In this document: piece by piece, positions 22,977-34,971 of the stretch
Layout: each line of letters starts with the position of its first letter
Position numbering within the stretch: the stretch's first letter is position 1
DNA from: Raja brachyura
Taxonomy: Eukaryota
Assembly: GCA_963514005.1 (NCBI GenBank)
Contig: OY740811.1
Coordinates: forward strand, 18,104,001 to 18,168,000
DNA length: 64,000 nucleotides
Direction: 5' to 3'
The notes under the pieces: model-generated
What the model was told of the DNA's origin: nothing
Seen by the model: the letters and a program-made list of their open reading frames with translations, nothing else
Database searches by the model: none
Program-made: the position numbers and the translations under genes

Positions 22977-25291
22977 CAATGCACTGGGCCATCATTATAA
23001 ACATTCAACAAAGCAAATAGTTTGTGTGCAATATTGTAATAACTGAGGCCCAAAAAGGTGGCCCATTCTGTTTGTGATTTTAGCATGGATCTACATTCCC
23101 TAATGAGGAGCATGTTTATTTGATTGATTTTCTTTGTTAGAATTTATATTTTGTGTGGCTTTGCTGTGGATTGGCCCAGACATATGTGTTTAAACTTGCT
23201 AGCGGATATCATTTGCAAATTGTATACGACTGTCCTTATTAACCATTGAGCAGAGGTGACCCCCTCCAGAGGGGACACTTGTACTCCTTGGATCTTTAGA
23301 TTTCGTTTAGTTTTAGGTTTATGATTATTATTATCACATGTACCGAGGTACAATGAAAAGCTTTGTTTTGCGTGCAATCCAAACAGATCAGATATGCCAT
23401 ACATAGACACAATCAAGTCAAACTCAAATAATACAGATGGAGCAATGGGGACGAAACAGAGTGCAGAATATATATCTCGGCGTTGAAGCACATCAATTCC
23501 ATAGACAAACTCTGATATGTTCAATGGGTAGAGGTGAATCAGTCAATACCCTAGCGCAATATATCAGCCTCTTCCTGACTTTTCATCGGAAGTAATTTGG
23601 GTTGTTGTGTATGTCCACTGTAACCTGGTGGATTGATGTTGTTGGCCACTATTTCTAACGGCTGCTATGACAACACTGGGTGTAAGTGAACCATTGGCAA
23701 TATTAAAGGCCTGCATCGGTATGATGATACATTTGATTGGCGGGTGGGTAATTAATTAATTAATTGGATGCGGGGTCGAAAGATTATCAGAGTGATAGTG
23801 AGAGGAGCCAAGAAATGTAACTGTATTTCCCCAACACTGGTTGATAAAACACCCCATTTTGGAGCCTAACAAGCCCACAAGATCTACATGCACTCATGCC
23901 CCTTCTATTGAAAGTGCACTGCCAGAACCCTGCCGACCACCTGCCACGTTTGTACCAGATTCCTACTATTGGAACAACCAGTTAACTATCTTGATTTAAG
24001 TTTCTATCTCTTCCAAATGGAGACTAACCCTGGTTCTAAACATCAACAAAAAAAACACACAAAGTGTTGGAGTAACTCAGCGAGTCAGGCAGCTTCTCTG
24101 GAGAACATGAACATGAATAGGTGATGTTTCAGGTCAGGACCCTTCTTCCTCACCTATCCAAGTTATCCAGAGGTGCTGCCTGATCATTTGAGTTGCTCCA
24201 GCACTCTGTAACTTTTCTTGCAAAACGTAATCTGCAGTTCCTTGCATCTCTGGTTTTAAACATGGCTGAAAGGCTATTTTATGTCCCCAGTTCATCCAGC
24301 CATTTCCCCGATTCATAAAATAGAAGGGAGATCCTTTACACACCCGTTGGGGATTAAACAAGATTGCATGTATTCTGATTTGTAACACACACACACTGGT
24401 AGCAATGTTCCCTCTTCAGGTTAATTTTTACAGCAGAACAAGTGGCATTGATTAGAGTAATCTGAGAAGTTGCAGATCGCGGGGACATGGAGAATGAATT
24501 GGGGAAATAAAGTCACGTTCCAGACATGTTTAAAACCAGGGCTGGTTTCCATCTAGAGTATAAGAAATATTTTCTCTCTTTAGTCCACCACTTCCCATTG
24601 TAAAAGCGTGTTCGCAGCTCATTTTTAATCTGGAGTACGCTTAGATTCTTGTAGTCATTGTTTGCAAAATAAAATGATTTTTCAGAAAGATAAATTCCAG
24701 AATAAAATCGAAGTCCTGTCTGGTCTTCTCGACCTGCATCTTCAACTCTTAAGACTTTCTGTTTGTTGGATATGCATTCCGTCTCTGGTGTATAGAAGTT
24801 CGAGCAACTTGCATCTCTTAATAGTTCGGCTTAGTGTCACTCAAGTTTGTAAATCGGATTCTGCGTGTGGTCTGCACTCAGCTGACCATGTTAATGAGGT
24901 GAAATAGCAATGATTCAGCTAATAGGAGAGGAGGAGATGGAAATAGTCTTGAGGCCAGAAACTCAATGGGAAGGAAAGCAGCCAATATTTCAAGGGGTTA
25001 ACTTTTCATCGGAGCTAAGAATGCGCAATTAAACAAATCTCATGCCTGTCTGTGTGCACCTTTTTTTTGCATAACCTTGTAAACAAAAACGCAGTACTTC
25101 TAATTCACAGTTACAGTTTAAGTTTTGAAACAAAGTCCAGCTCTCTTGTTAAAAAAGTGTCATGTTAACAACACAGCTGTGCTCAATTTATCAACAGGAA
25201 ATGAGGGATGGATACTTGGGGGGGGGGGGGGGGGGGGAACGACTCTGCTTTGTGCAATCCTAGGGTCAGAATTTGAGCCGTTTTGCTGACC

Positions 25292-25444
25292 ATGGCGTTG
25301 CTTGCTGTTCTGTGTAAACTTTCTCTGTTCATCTTGTCTCTGCCTCTTTCTCTGTCCCAGTATGCTCTGCTTTACAAGGGCTTCAGCCTCCTGCCTGAAA
25401 ACAATTTCTATTGGCGACTTCCACATCAGTACCTGGGCAACAAG
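25292..25444 (+). CDS. HSPG2: Candidate alternative exon: signal-peptide first exon (ATG 25292) or internal exon 25361-25444 (YALLYKGFSLLPENNFYWRLPHQYLGNK)
   Basis: Paralogous to the end of exon 12145-12339 (FYWRLPHQYLGNK vs YYWQLPEVFQGDK). AAG|gtaacc phase-0 donor, ACCATGG Kozak context, polypyrimidine tract plus cag ending at 25360. Confidence 0.75.
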
Positions 25445-26552
25445 GTAACCAATAGATTCCGGTAGCGTCTTAGAAAGCCTTTGTTTCGCGCATTTGACTT
25501 TTCGTGCCAATTGGATTGAGTGATGTCTTCATCTAATTTATCATGATTGTGCCTTTGCGTCCGTACCTTTCAACTGGTTGAAATATCCTCAGTGGTGGGG
25601 GGGGGGGGGGAACGCGTCAAAGAGTTGGAATAATGCACTTCTTTTTGTTAGCCAATATTCGCAGTTCCTCGTTTCTACACTACGTATTACACTAATCCTC
25701 AACGGCAACAAGTTTCATGGCGATTCAAACTGATAACACAATCAGGAATAACTCGCTGTTTGAAGAAGGGTCTCGACCTGAAACTGAAACTGTCTGACCC
25801 GTTGAGTTCCTGTAGCTTTTTGTGTCTATATGTCACCATCTTGAGCAACTGGTGCAATTCTCCATATTACACTGGTATTGTCAGTAGAATAACGTGATGG
25901 AAGCTCCCCATGGCTGATGCCAGTCTGTGGTGAGCTACTGTTAATATCTTCCTCTGCAAGCAAGCTTTGGATGTTGATATGAAATGTCAGGAAGTCTTTT
26001 GAAAGATCCCACAGCTAGTGTTTACCTGCCATCCTTCCACTTCCAGCTTCAAACAGCGAATCAAGGAACATCTTCATTCAGTGGCAGCAACAGTTGGTAG
26101 AAAATGCCAGGCTGGCTCCCAACCCTGGCATTCCCCCATTGTTCCACTTCCCTAGACCCACGCTCCGTTCCCGAGAGCTGCACTCCATTCCCGAGAACCA
26201 CGCTCTGTTCCACAGTTACTGACCAACCAGCCCCTGAGCTAACCAAGCTATGTGCAGTGCCATGGTAGTTAATAAAAGCAGGGAATGCATTATTCAGAAA
26301 ATTTAAGTTTCTGAAAAGTACAAATTGAATCTACAATATATAAATGTATATTCAACAGCTCAAAATGTACCTTGTATAAATATCAGCTAACTATAAAATA
26401 GCTCACAATGTTTTTGCAGTTCTCTACCTTGGCAGCGCACCCAAGTGTTGACTGAACGGTGTACCGGTGAGACGAGTTCTCTTGCAATGCCGATGATCCT
26501 GTTGTAACGAGGGTGTGAAGCAACCTGGTAACTGGTCTGTCCTTTCCCTCAG

Positions 26553-26645
26553 GTGACATCCTACGGCGGACGCCTTCGTTACACGCTCTCCTACGACTCG
26601 GGGTTCCGGGGAACTGCAGTACCAGATGCGGATGTCCAGATCATT
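26553..26645 (+). CDS. HSPG2: Perlecan exon, Laminin_B (VTSYGGRLRYTLSYDSGFRGTAVPDADVQII)
   Basis: ccctcag acceptor, gtacgt donor, phase 0/0, SYGG.LRY motif. Confidence 0.95.
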
Positions 26646-27794
26646 GTACGTGGTCGCACCTCTCTCCAACAGCCCGTGCCTCATCCAAGTTTGATGGCAC
26701 TTTCCCGACGTTAAGATTTCTGCCGTGTATTTTGTGCACTGGGAACAGAAAGTTGGGAGTTGTGAAGTTAGCAAGGAAATGGGTTCGGACCTTGTCTGGA
26801 GAGGTGACCAGACATGGGTCATGCGTCAGCTTCTAACACCGGAGGCTAGTTCCAGCATCAACCTAACAGATCATTTAACTGAAGGGCCGAATGGCCTGTT
26901 TCCATACTGCATCTCTGAACTAAGTTAAAATAAACTAAACTGAGATAGTGTAGCCCTCTCAATCATTGAGTGTGGGACTCTCATTATTCCTTCTCCCCCA
27001 AAGATTTTTTGAAAGTTTCCTTGAGCAAACAATCGGGCATCTCTCTCTTTCCCCCTCAAAAAACAAGGCTTTGTTTTATGATGCTTTGGGAATAATTGTC
27101 ATTTATTCACCCTCTAGGTCATTTTGTTGTCCCTGACCCAAAATGAATCCATCTGAAGAAAGGTCCTGACCTGAAACGTCACCTATCCACGCTCTCCAGA
27201 AATGCTGCCTGACCCGCTGGATTACTTTTGTTTTTTCTTCATAAACCAGTAGTTCCTTGTTTCTACAATCTTCCTCCTTTTTTTTTATTGTAGCATTTAT
27301 TTGAATTTCAGTTTTATAATTCTACAATGTAATTTGCTGTTTTGTCCGCATTAGACTGTAAGAGGGGAACATATAGGGGCTAAGCTATAGGTCAGCCTGT
27401 GTGTAGGTAAGGCCCTCTGCAGCACACAGCACTCTTGCTTGATTAGTACAGGTGTCAGAGGTTATGGGGAGAAGACAGGAGAATGGGGTTAGGAGGGAGA
27501 GATGGAGCAGCCATGATTGAATGGCGGAGTAGACCTGATGGGCTGAACGGCTATTCCTTATGAACGTGTGTCACATTCCAAGCTTCCCATTGCCCCCAAA
27601 CTTATGGCTGGAAGAACCATTGGGTTGCTTCGAGTAGCACAACAGAACAGAAAATAATGTGGATCAGGGAGCCAAGCAACAGTATGTGACATTTATTTAT
27701 GTTTCATATGTCTTTCCACACCAGCATGAAAATAAAACGCCAGAACATAAAATAGGACCAGGCCTTTGGGTCACTCCTGCCATTCAACAAGACC

Positions 27795-28068
27795 AGGAAG
27801 GAGATGAGGAGACATTTCTTTAGTCAGAGGGTGGTGAATCTGTGGAATTCTTTGCCACAGAAGGCTGTGGAGGCCAAGTCGGTGGATATTTTTAAGGCAG
27901 AGATAGATAGATTCTTGATTAGTACGGATGTTAGGCATTATGGGGAGATGGCAGGAGGCTGGGGTTAAGAGGAAGAGATAGATCAGACATGATTGAATGG
28001 CGGAGCAGACTTGATAGGCCGAATGCCCCTAATTCTGCTCCTATTACTTATGACCTTATGACCTTATG
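27795..28068 (+). mobile_element. CR1 LINE 3' end with (ATGACCTT)n tail
   Basis: TTCTTTAGTCAGAGGGTGGTGAATCTGTGG and tandem tail. Confidence 0.85.
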
Positions 28069-28164
28069 GAACCCTTACCTAATGACCTTATGGTACCTTC
28101 TGCTTGCACAACGCTGAAATCTGTTGGATGTGGATCTGAGCTTGTTTTCCCATTGATCTTTCAG

Positions 28165-28248
28165 GGTAACGATATCACCTTGGTTACCTACCACACTCAT
28201 CAGCTGCGGCCGAGAGAGACCATGAGCTTTGAGGTCATGTTCAAGGAG
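28165..28248 (+). CDS. HSPG2: Perlecan exon (GNDITLVTYHTHQLRPRETMSFEVMFKE)
   Basis: tttcag acceptor, GAG|gtaaag donor, phase 0/0. Confidence 0.93.
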
Positions 28249-28469
28249 GTAAAGACTTGCATTTTACATATTGCACGTCAACATTCCATTGCCGTTCCAT
28301 AAACTTCAATGATGAGAAAGTGAAGACAAGTTGGGCAGCAGAGTCGTTAGCCTTGGGAGGCGATGCTTTCCTGGCCCTGTTGGTGTCTGTGCAAGGTTTA
28401 CATGCTCTCCTTCTGACTACTTGTGTGTCCACCCGCAGCCCAATTACTGGGTTGGTGGGTCAATGGACC

Positions 28470-28815
28470 CTTAGTGTAGGGGGTCGTAGGGCGAGTGGGG
28501 CTGATAGGTGAGTTCAGGTGTGTCGGGGGTGGTGGGGGGGGGTGGGTAATAGTTGGGGCTAAGGGGTGATTATCGCAGGATGAGTCTGGATTTGGCCGTT
28601 GAGGGAGTTTGAGTCTGGAAGTGGGGGGAGGGGTGGTGATCGTGGGATGAGTCTGGATAAGTGCCCCGTGGTGTGGAGGGATAATGGGGTGAGTCTGCAA
28701 GTTGGGGGGGGGGGTGGGGATATTGGTGTGGGTCTGGGTATGGGGGGAAGTCACAGGGTGTGTCTGTCTGAGTGGGAGCATGGGATTAGTGACGAGCTGT
28801 TTGGGGCGTGGAGTG
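28470..28815 (+). repeat. G-rich low-complexity intronic tract
   Basis: Many G3-G12 runs interspersed with GAGTCTG units. Confidence 0.7.
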
Positions 28816-28851
28816 GCCCAGTGCTGACCATGGATCTCCTCTCCCACACAG

Positions 28852-29082
28852 CAACTTTGGATGCGTCCAGATGGACAGCCGGCCACCAGGGAGCATCTGC
28901 TGATGGTCCTCGCTGACCTGGATGAAGTCCTCATCCGGGCCACCTACTCGACTGACATGATCTCTGCCAGCCTCTCTGACGTGAGCATGGAGATCGCAGT
29001 GCCCTTCTACACCAGCCTGGGCCAGGCACTGGAGGTGGAGGAATGCCATTGCCCGCAGGGCTACCATGGCTTGTCTTGTCAG
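28852..29082 (+). CDS. HSPG2: Perlecan exon (QLWMRPDGQPATREHLLMVLADLDEVLIRAT...VEECHCPQGYHGLSCQ)
   Basis: Near-identical to the perlecan motif RPDGQPATREHLLM.LADLDE.LIRAT. cacacag acceptor, CAG|gtgact donor. Confidence 0.97.
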
Positions 29083-30199
29083 GTGACTAATGTCTTTACT
29101 GTAACTGCAACTGACACACAGTTAGTTAGGGCTTGTGGGATTATTGTTGTCTACCTGCAACGATCAACATATTAGTACTGAACAGAAGCAGAGGAAAAAT
29201 TGGAAGATTTCTTGGGTGACCCTAGAACTTATGAAGGAATCCATTTATAGCAACATGAATAATTCCGGGACAAACTATAAATGTGGACATATTGAACAAT
29301 AAACCAACTGCTATATGGACTCATTGGGTCAGGCAGCATCTGTGGGGGGGAGTGGACAGAGGATTTTTTGGGTTAGGATCCTTCTTCGGACTGACCATAC
29401 ATCATGTGTCCACTTCCCTCCTCAGATGCTGCCTGACCTGCAGATATTTTCTAATTCTGTTTATGTTAAAAAAAAAACAACGTGCTTTTGTGGGAAGAAT
29501 TGATTTTTCTCAAGAGGTTGAATTCTCAGAATGCGCGTGCTTGTGCACTGAAAGTTCCACTGAACTGCAGTTGGCAGTTAAAAATGTAAAGCCTTGTAAA
29601 ATATGTGGTTGGGGAGAGATTGAGGAAGTGCTGAATTGCAGTTATTTGGGGCACTGCTAAGACCATTCCAGGAACGCTGCAGAACATTGGCCCATTGCCT
29701 ACCAAGAGATGAGTCTTTGCCATGGTAAGGGATTAGGAAGGTGTCTGATAGTTCCTTAGTAGAGGTGGGTATTTACCAAGGTGGAATTACATTTGAAGTT
29801 TAGAAAAATTAGAGATATCAATGAAATGTTAAAAGAATTCTGAGAAACTTGACATGGGAGACCCAGGAATGTTGCATCAGCTGGAGTGTTAGGAAAAGGG
29901 GCTCATGACATCAGGATGAGGGGTCACAGAGTTGAGGAGAAATGTCTTCACTCTGATGTTGGTGAATTTTTGCACTTTCCTGCCGGTGAGACCTGTGGAT
30001 GATCCAAGGTGGGCTTTTGGGCACAAGAGTATGCCTGCAATATTCTGTTGTGCTGAAGCAAACCAAGAATTTCATTGTCCTATCTGGGACACATGTCAAT
30101 AAACTCTCTTGAATCTTGAAGAGAATCAGGTCAGAATACAAAGCAAGAAATGTTAAGCATGGAATAACAGTTAAGCAATGTGAAGCAGTACATTTAGAA

Positions 30200-30494
30200 G
30201 GGCACACTGTGACACAGCGGTACAGTTGCTGCCTTGCAGCGCCACAGACCCGGGTTTGACCTGGACTACGGGTGCTGTCTGTAGAGTTCTCCCCGTGGGA
30301 TGGGATTTCTCCGGATGCTCCGGTTTCCCCCAACACTCCAAAGACGAACAGGTTTTTAGGCTAATTGGCTTAATAAATTTGCAAATTGCCCCTCGAGTGT
30401 GTAGGATAGTGCTAGTGTACAGGGATCGCTGGTCGACACGGACTCGGTGGAACAAAGGGCCTGTTTCTGCGCTGTATCTCCAAACTAAACTAAA
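30200..30494 (+). mobile_element. V-SINE (HE1-like)
   Basis: Same head, core and (AAACT)n tail. Confidence 0.85.
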
Positions 30495-30954
30495 CATGGA
30501 AAGTAGAGAAGGCCACAGGCGAATGAAACTCATGTTATGGCCTTCCTTAGGCAGTTTCATGCTGTAAACGTTGTAAATGTTTCATGCAAGTGCTTTTTGA
30601 GAAAATCTGACCAAGTGATATTAGAGCATACAACTAAATGTTTCATCATGAAGGTCGGTGTTGGCCAGCATCTTGTCTACATTCTGTCTCTATGGTGTAT
30701 CTCAGTGCCTTAGCCTTGAAACCTTTGTGTTCCTCCACAGGTGTGTATCCAGGGTCCCACTGCCCATGGCCAAGTCTTCAGTTCCAAAGTCCTGCACTCA
30801 GGAATTCCATCTCATAATTCTCTCCTTCCTTCTCGCCAAGTCCCTCTTTTTGGCTTCTCTTTTTTGCTTGGGTACAATAACGTGTAACTAGGATGATATT
30901 TGGGGGGGGGGGGGGGGAAGTTGTGCGTATGAGTCACTTTTTTTTCTTTTCTAG

Positions 30955-31068
30955 GACTGTGCGCCTGGTTATACGAGGACCAGCAGAGGCCTTTACCTGG
31001 GACACTGCGAGCGGTGTGAATGCAACGGACACTCGGATGCCTGCCATCCGGAGAGTGGTGCTTGCTCG
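30955..31068 (+). CDS. HSPG2: Perlecan exon, laminin EGF (DCAPGYTRTSRGLYLGHCERCECNGHSDACHPESGACS)
   Basis: Long pyrimidine tract plus ctag acceptor, gtacat donor, phase 0/0. Confidence 0.96.
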
Positions 31069-31951
31069 GTACATAGTTCCACCATCTACTTCACTGTGTT
31101 GGCAATTTACATTCAAGTTTCCACTAACAAACCATCTATCTTCAGGAAAGATTTCCAGGCACCTCTTATCCCATGTTTCCTTGGGATTTCTCAGTAGCAA
31201 GAAGATATCAGACGTGAGGCTGTTCAAAGAATCCTTCTGTTCATTACTATATCTAAAAGCTTCTGAGAGTACTTGGAACATATTTTGAATGATATTGCTT
31301 CACAAATTATCCCAAAGATGTCTTGGGAAAGTGATTTAATTGGTTAATGTAAATCATTCCAAGTGTACAGGCAAGTGGTAGAATCTGGGGAGAGATGAAA
31401 GGAACGTGAGGTAAAAGAACTGGGATGGGTTCAAGATGAGTGTCCAATGGCTAGCACAGACTCAGTGGGCAGAAAGGCCTGTAACTCTGCTGTGTGACTC
31501 CATGACTTATGCCCCATGCCGTCAATGGATCTCTGCACTAGCTTAAAGGTAGATTTAGTGAATATATTTAGGATGTGCGTAGGTGTGAGAGATGGGGAAG
31601 GAATTACATTTGCTTTTGGGGGGGGCGGTGGGGTGGGGGCGTTGACTAGTAATGCATCAGCTTCATTGTTATTTCATTTGGACGGGAAAGTAAAAGATCT
31701 TACTTTTCTTGTTGTAAAAGAGAAACTTGACTCTGTGTTAGTTAATTATTGGCAGAGGATGAGTTGGTGAACTGTTTACAACTGGCAGTGGTGAAAGCTT
31801 GAACTAATTGATTTAATACATCACAGAAGAGATATGTAACCCTTGAGCTCTTTGTTTTTCCAACACTTGTTCATGGTAATACACTGATTAACAATTCTAG
31901 TACGAAAACGGGCATAACTAAGGCATTCTTCTTTTCGACTCTGTTGAACAG

Positions 31952-32079
31952 AACTGTTTACATAACACAGCTGGGGAGTTCTGTGATCGTTGTGCCCCTG
32001 GGTATTACGGTGATGCTACAGCAGGTACTCCAGAGGATTGCCAACCCTGTGCTTGCCCCCTGCCCATCGCTGAAAACCA
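31952..32079 (+). CDS. HSPG2: Perlecan exon ([42 protein letters not shown])
   Basis: aacag acceptor, gtaagt donor, phase 0/2. Confidence 0.96.
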
Positions 32080-32829
32080 GTAAGTTACCCACTTCACCAA
32101 GCACACTACATTTAACCATCTGTTCAATCTTTTGAGTGAGCTGGACCAGAGGCCTGGATTTGATCCTGACCCTGGGTGCTATCTGTGTGGAGTTTGCGCG
32201 TTCTCCTCGTGACTGTGTGGGTTTCCTTCGGGGGGGCTCCGGTTTCCTCCCACGTCCCAAAGTCGTGTAGGTTTACAGGTTAATCGGCCTCTGTGAAATT
32301 GCCCCCGGTGTTTAAGAAGTGGATTCAAAAGTGGGATAACATAGAACTAGTGTGAATGGGTGATCGATGGTGGCATGGACTCGGTGGGCCGAAGGGCCTA
32401 TTTCCACTCTGTAGCTTCCAATCCAATTGTTCAATGACCTATCCATGGATTCTGGAATGTGGTACAGTTTTGTGCTGTCTTTCGCTATCTCTCTGAGGTA
32501 CAGGCTTCACTTAAGCAGTCGGTGACCATCAGAGGCTTCGACATCCCAACATTGGCCCCATCACCTTTACAGAAACTACAGGGCTTGAGAAGAGGCCAGT
32601 GGTTTGAAGTGTTGGGTGCTGTCTGGTGCCGGCTCACCTTGTTGAGTCTTTCCTGCTTCTATTTTCACTGCGGGGTCTACCCCAGCAGACTGCACAAGGT
32701 GACTCGCTTCCTACAGAGCAGCACCAACACCTGTGGTTGCGATGTTGGCCAGTGTTGTGGGAGAGTCGATGCCATTGTTCCCGGCGGTCACTGATCCTGG
32801 CAGTGTCGTCGTTAAAGGAGCACAACACT

Positions 32830-33135
32830 GGGCAGCACGGTGGCGCAGCAGTAGTGTTGGTGCCTTGAAGCGCCAGGGACCCAGGTTCGATCCTGACTAC
32901 GGGCGCTCTCCCTACGGAGTTCTCCCCGTAATCTGCGTGGGTTTTCTCCCCGTAACCTGCGTGGGTTTTCGCCGAGATCTTCGGTTTCCTCCCACACTCC
33001 AAAGACATGCAGGTTTGTAGGTTAGTTGGCTTGGTATAAATTGTCCATAGTGTTAATATGTGGGGATCGCCAGTATGTGCAGATTCAGAGGGCCGAAGGG
33101 CCTGTTTCCACACTATATGAATGAAATAAACTAAA
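32830..33135 (+). mobile_element. V-SINE (HE1-like)
   Basis: A/B boxes, V-core and tail. Internal ~23-bp tandem duplication TTCTCCCCGTAA.CTGCGTGGGTT. Confidence 0.85.
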
Positions 33136-33274
33136 AATGATCGGTTTAAATATATCTTTAAATGTATCTTCAAACTAAACTAAACTCACCTTGCCGGCCA
33201 TTATAGTTTCTGACTGTGTGGGTTTGAGGGCTTGTGACTTCTCTCAGCGCATGTCTCTCCTCCTTTTCTCCTAG

Positions 33275-33361
33275 GTTTTCGCCCATCTGTGAAAACAACG
33301 GAGCGGATGGTTACAGGTGTACAGCCTGTCTGCTTGGCTACACTGGGCAGCACTGTGAATA
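33275..33361 (+). CDS. HSPG2: Perlecan exon (FSPICENNGADGYRCTACLLGYTGQHCE)
   Basis: ctcctag acceptor, gtaagt donor, phase 2/2. Confidence 0.95.
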
Positions 33362-33748
33362 GTAAGTTGACCCGATGGTCAGTCCAGATACGATTCCCTG
33401 CAAACCTCTGCCAACCTTTTGATTCTTGCTTTTGTTGGAGCAAGTCTGAAACTCTCTTGCCCCCAACCTCCATTTTCCAATGACACAATTGTCTTTATAT
33501 TGCAGTTTTTTAATAACGATGTTTTCTTAGGAATACGACTGTTGCATTATCGCCAAAATACCCTTATGAATGCTCACGAGGACATGCAGGGACATGCTGA
33601 CCATGGGTGTAATTGAGTCAGGAGGGTAAAAGGATGGGGCCCGTGTGAAGTCTTTGTTTTATCTATGCACTAGTTCCCTGCTGCTGGTTTTCCATTACCG
33701 AAAACACTGGATTTTTTCCATCACCGTAACACTGCATTTTTGTTTCAG

Positions 33749-33807
33749 CTGTGCTCCTGGGTATTCCGGAAATCCAAGAATTCCAGGACAGAGGTGTCTT
33801 CTCGTAG
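33749..33807 (+). CDS. HSPG2: Perlecan exon (CAPGYSGNPRIPGQRCLLV), end of domain III
   Basis: tgtttcag acceptor, G|gtaggt donor, phase 2/1. Confidence 0.92.
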
Positions 33808-34349
33808 GTAGGTTCATGGATCCTCAGCTTTGGCTTTCCCGAGTCAACAATAAGCTCATTGGAGTCAGCTCTGATTTGTTCTGTACCTTTCCAAACCCTC
33901 TTCCAATTTCCCTCTCCCCTGACTCTCAGCCTGAAGAAGCATCTCATCCCAAAATGTCACCTATTCCTTTTCTCCCGAGATGCTGCACGATCCACTGGGT
34001 TACTCCAGCATTTTGTGTCCAACTAGCTCATTGTCCTCACTGAAGTTGAGAGGAAGATTGTTCTTCTGGCTCCATTCAATCAGATTATCAGTCTCTCTCT
34101 TGTACTTTAACACATCGTTCCGCACTATTCATCCAACAAGTGGTATCGTCGGCAAATTTAAAGGTGATTTTGGTGCCGTGTCTGGATGTGCAGTCATGGC
34201 TAAAGAGAGAATAGAGGGGGGTACTGAGCACAGTCTTGAAGTGTGCTCCAGTTTACAGCTTTTGTCCTCACTGATAATCAGAAGGGTAATTTTTTGTGTC
34301 ATGTGCAAATTTCATTTTCAACGTTCCATTCTTTTCAGTCCAAATCATT

Positions 34350-34630
34350 CACATTCAGAATTAAAAGGCGCTTTTTCAGAAAGGTGGTGAGGAAGAACTT
34401 CTTTAGTCAGAGGATAGTTAATCTGTGGAACTCATTGCCACAGAGGGCTGACTGTGGAGGCTAAGTCAGTGGATATTTTTAAGGCCGAGGTAGACAAATT
34501 CTTGATTAGAATGGGTGTCAAAGGTTATGGGCTGGAAAATGGGATTAGGAGGCAGAGATCAGACATGATTGAATGGCAGAGTGGACTCGATGGGCCGAAC
34601 GGCCTAATTTTGATCCTATAACTTGTGAAC
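34350..34630 (+). mobile_element. CR1 LINE 3' end
   Basis: RKNFFSQRIVNLWNSLPQR and CR1 tail. Confidence 0.85.
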
Positions 34631-34633
34631 ATA

Positions 34634-34971
34634 CAGTAAGCCCTCGCTATAACAGACCACGGAGGGGTGGTGTCTGTTATTGCTGATTGTCCATTATAAA
34701 GGGGGGTGGGCAAGGTTTAATCACAGGCCAGGCAGACACAGAGCCCCCGGACCCCACACGCAGTGCACCAGGGACGGATCTGGTACTCACGCCGACTTCA
34801 CGCTGCGCACTCTCTCAACTCCCGTGACCGGGCGCACGCCACGTGATGCCAGATCACCGGGGAACCTGGCAGAAGTGGGGCGGGGTGGTAGGGGATGCGG
34901 TACAACAGGAGTCTCGGTCCGCTATAACCAAAATCCCCTGTATAGAGGTCTGTTATTGCAAGGGTTTTATC
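34634..34971. mobile_element. Non-autonomous Tc1/mariner-superfamily (pogo/Tigger-like) element
   Basis: TA then CAGTAAGCCCTCGCTATAACAGACC at the left end, degenerate complement GGTCTGTTATTGCAAGGGTT at the right, GC-rich interior. Confidence 0.55.

Noticed and set aside
26440-26492. Splice-like signals just upstream of exon 26553 (ttggcag ... ACCG|gtgaga)
   Set aside because: The enclosed 31 nt would shift the frame and leave a very short downstream intron. No support for use.
28398-28943. 181-aa Pro/Thr/His-rich minus-strand ORF
   Set aside because: It is the complement of a G-rich low-complexity tract plus antisense of a perlecan exon.
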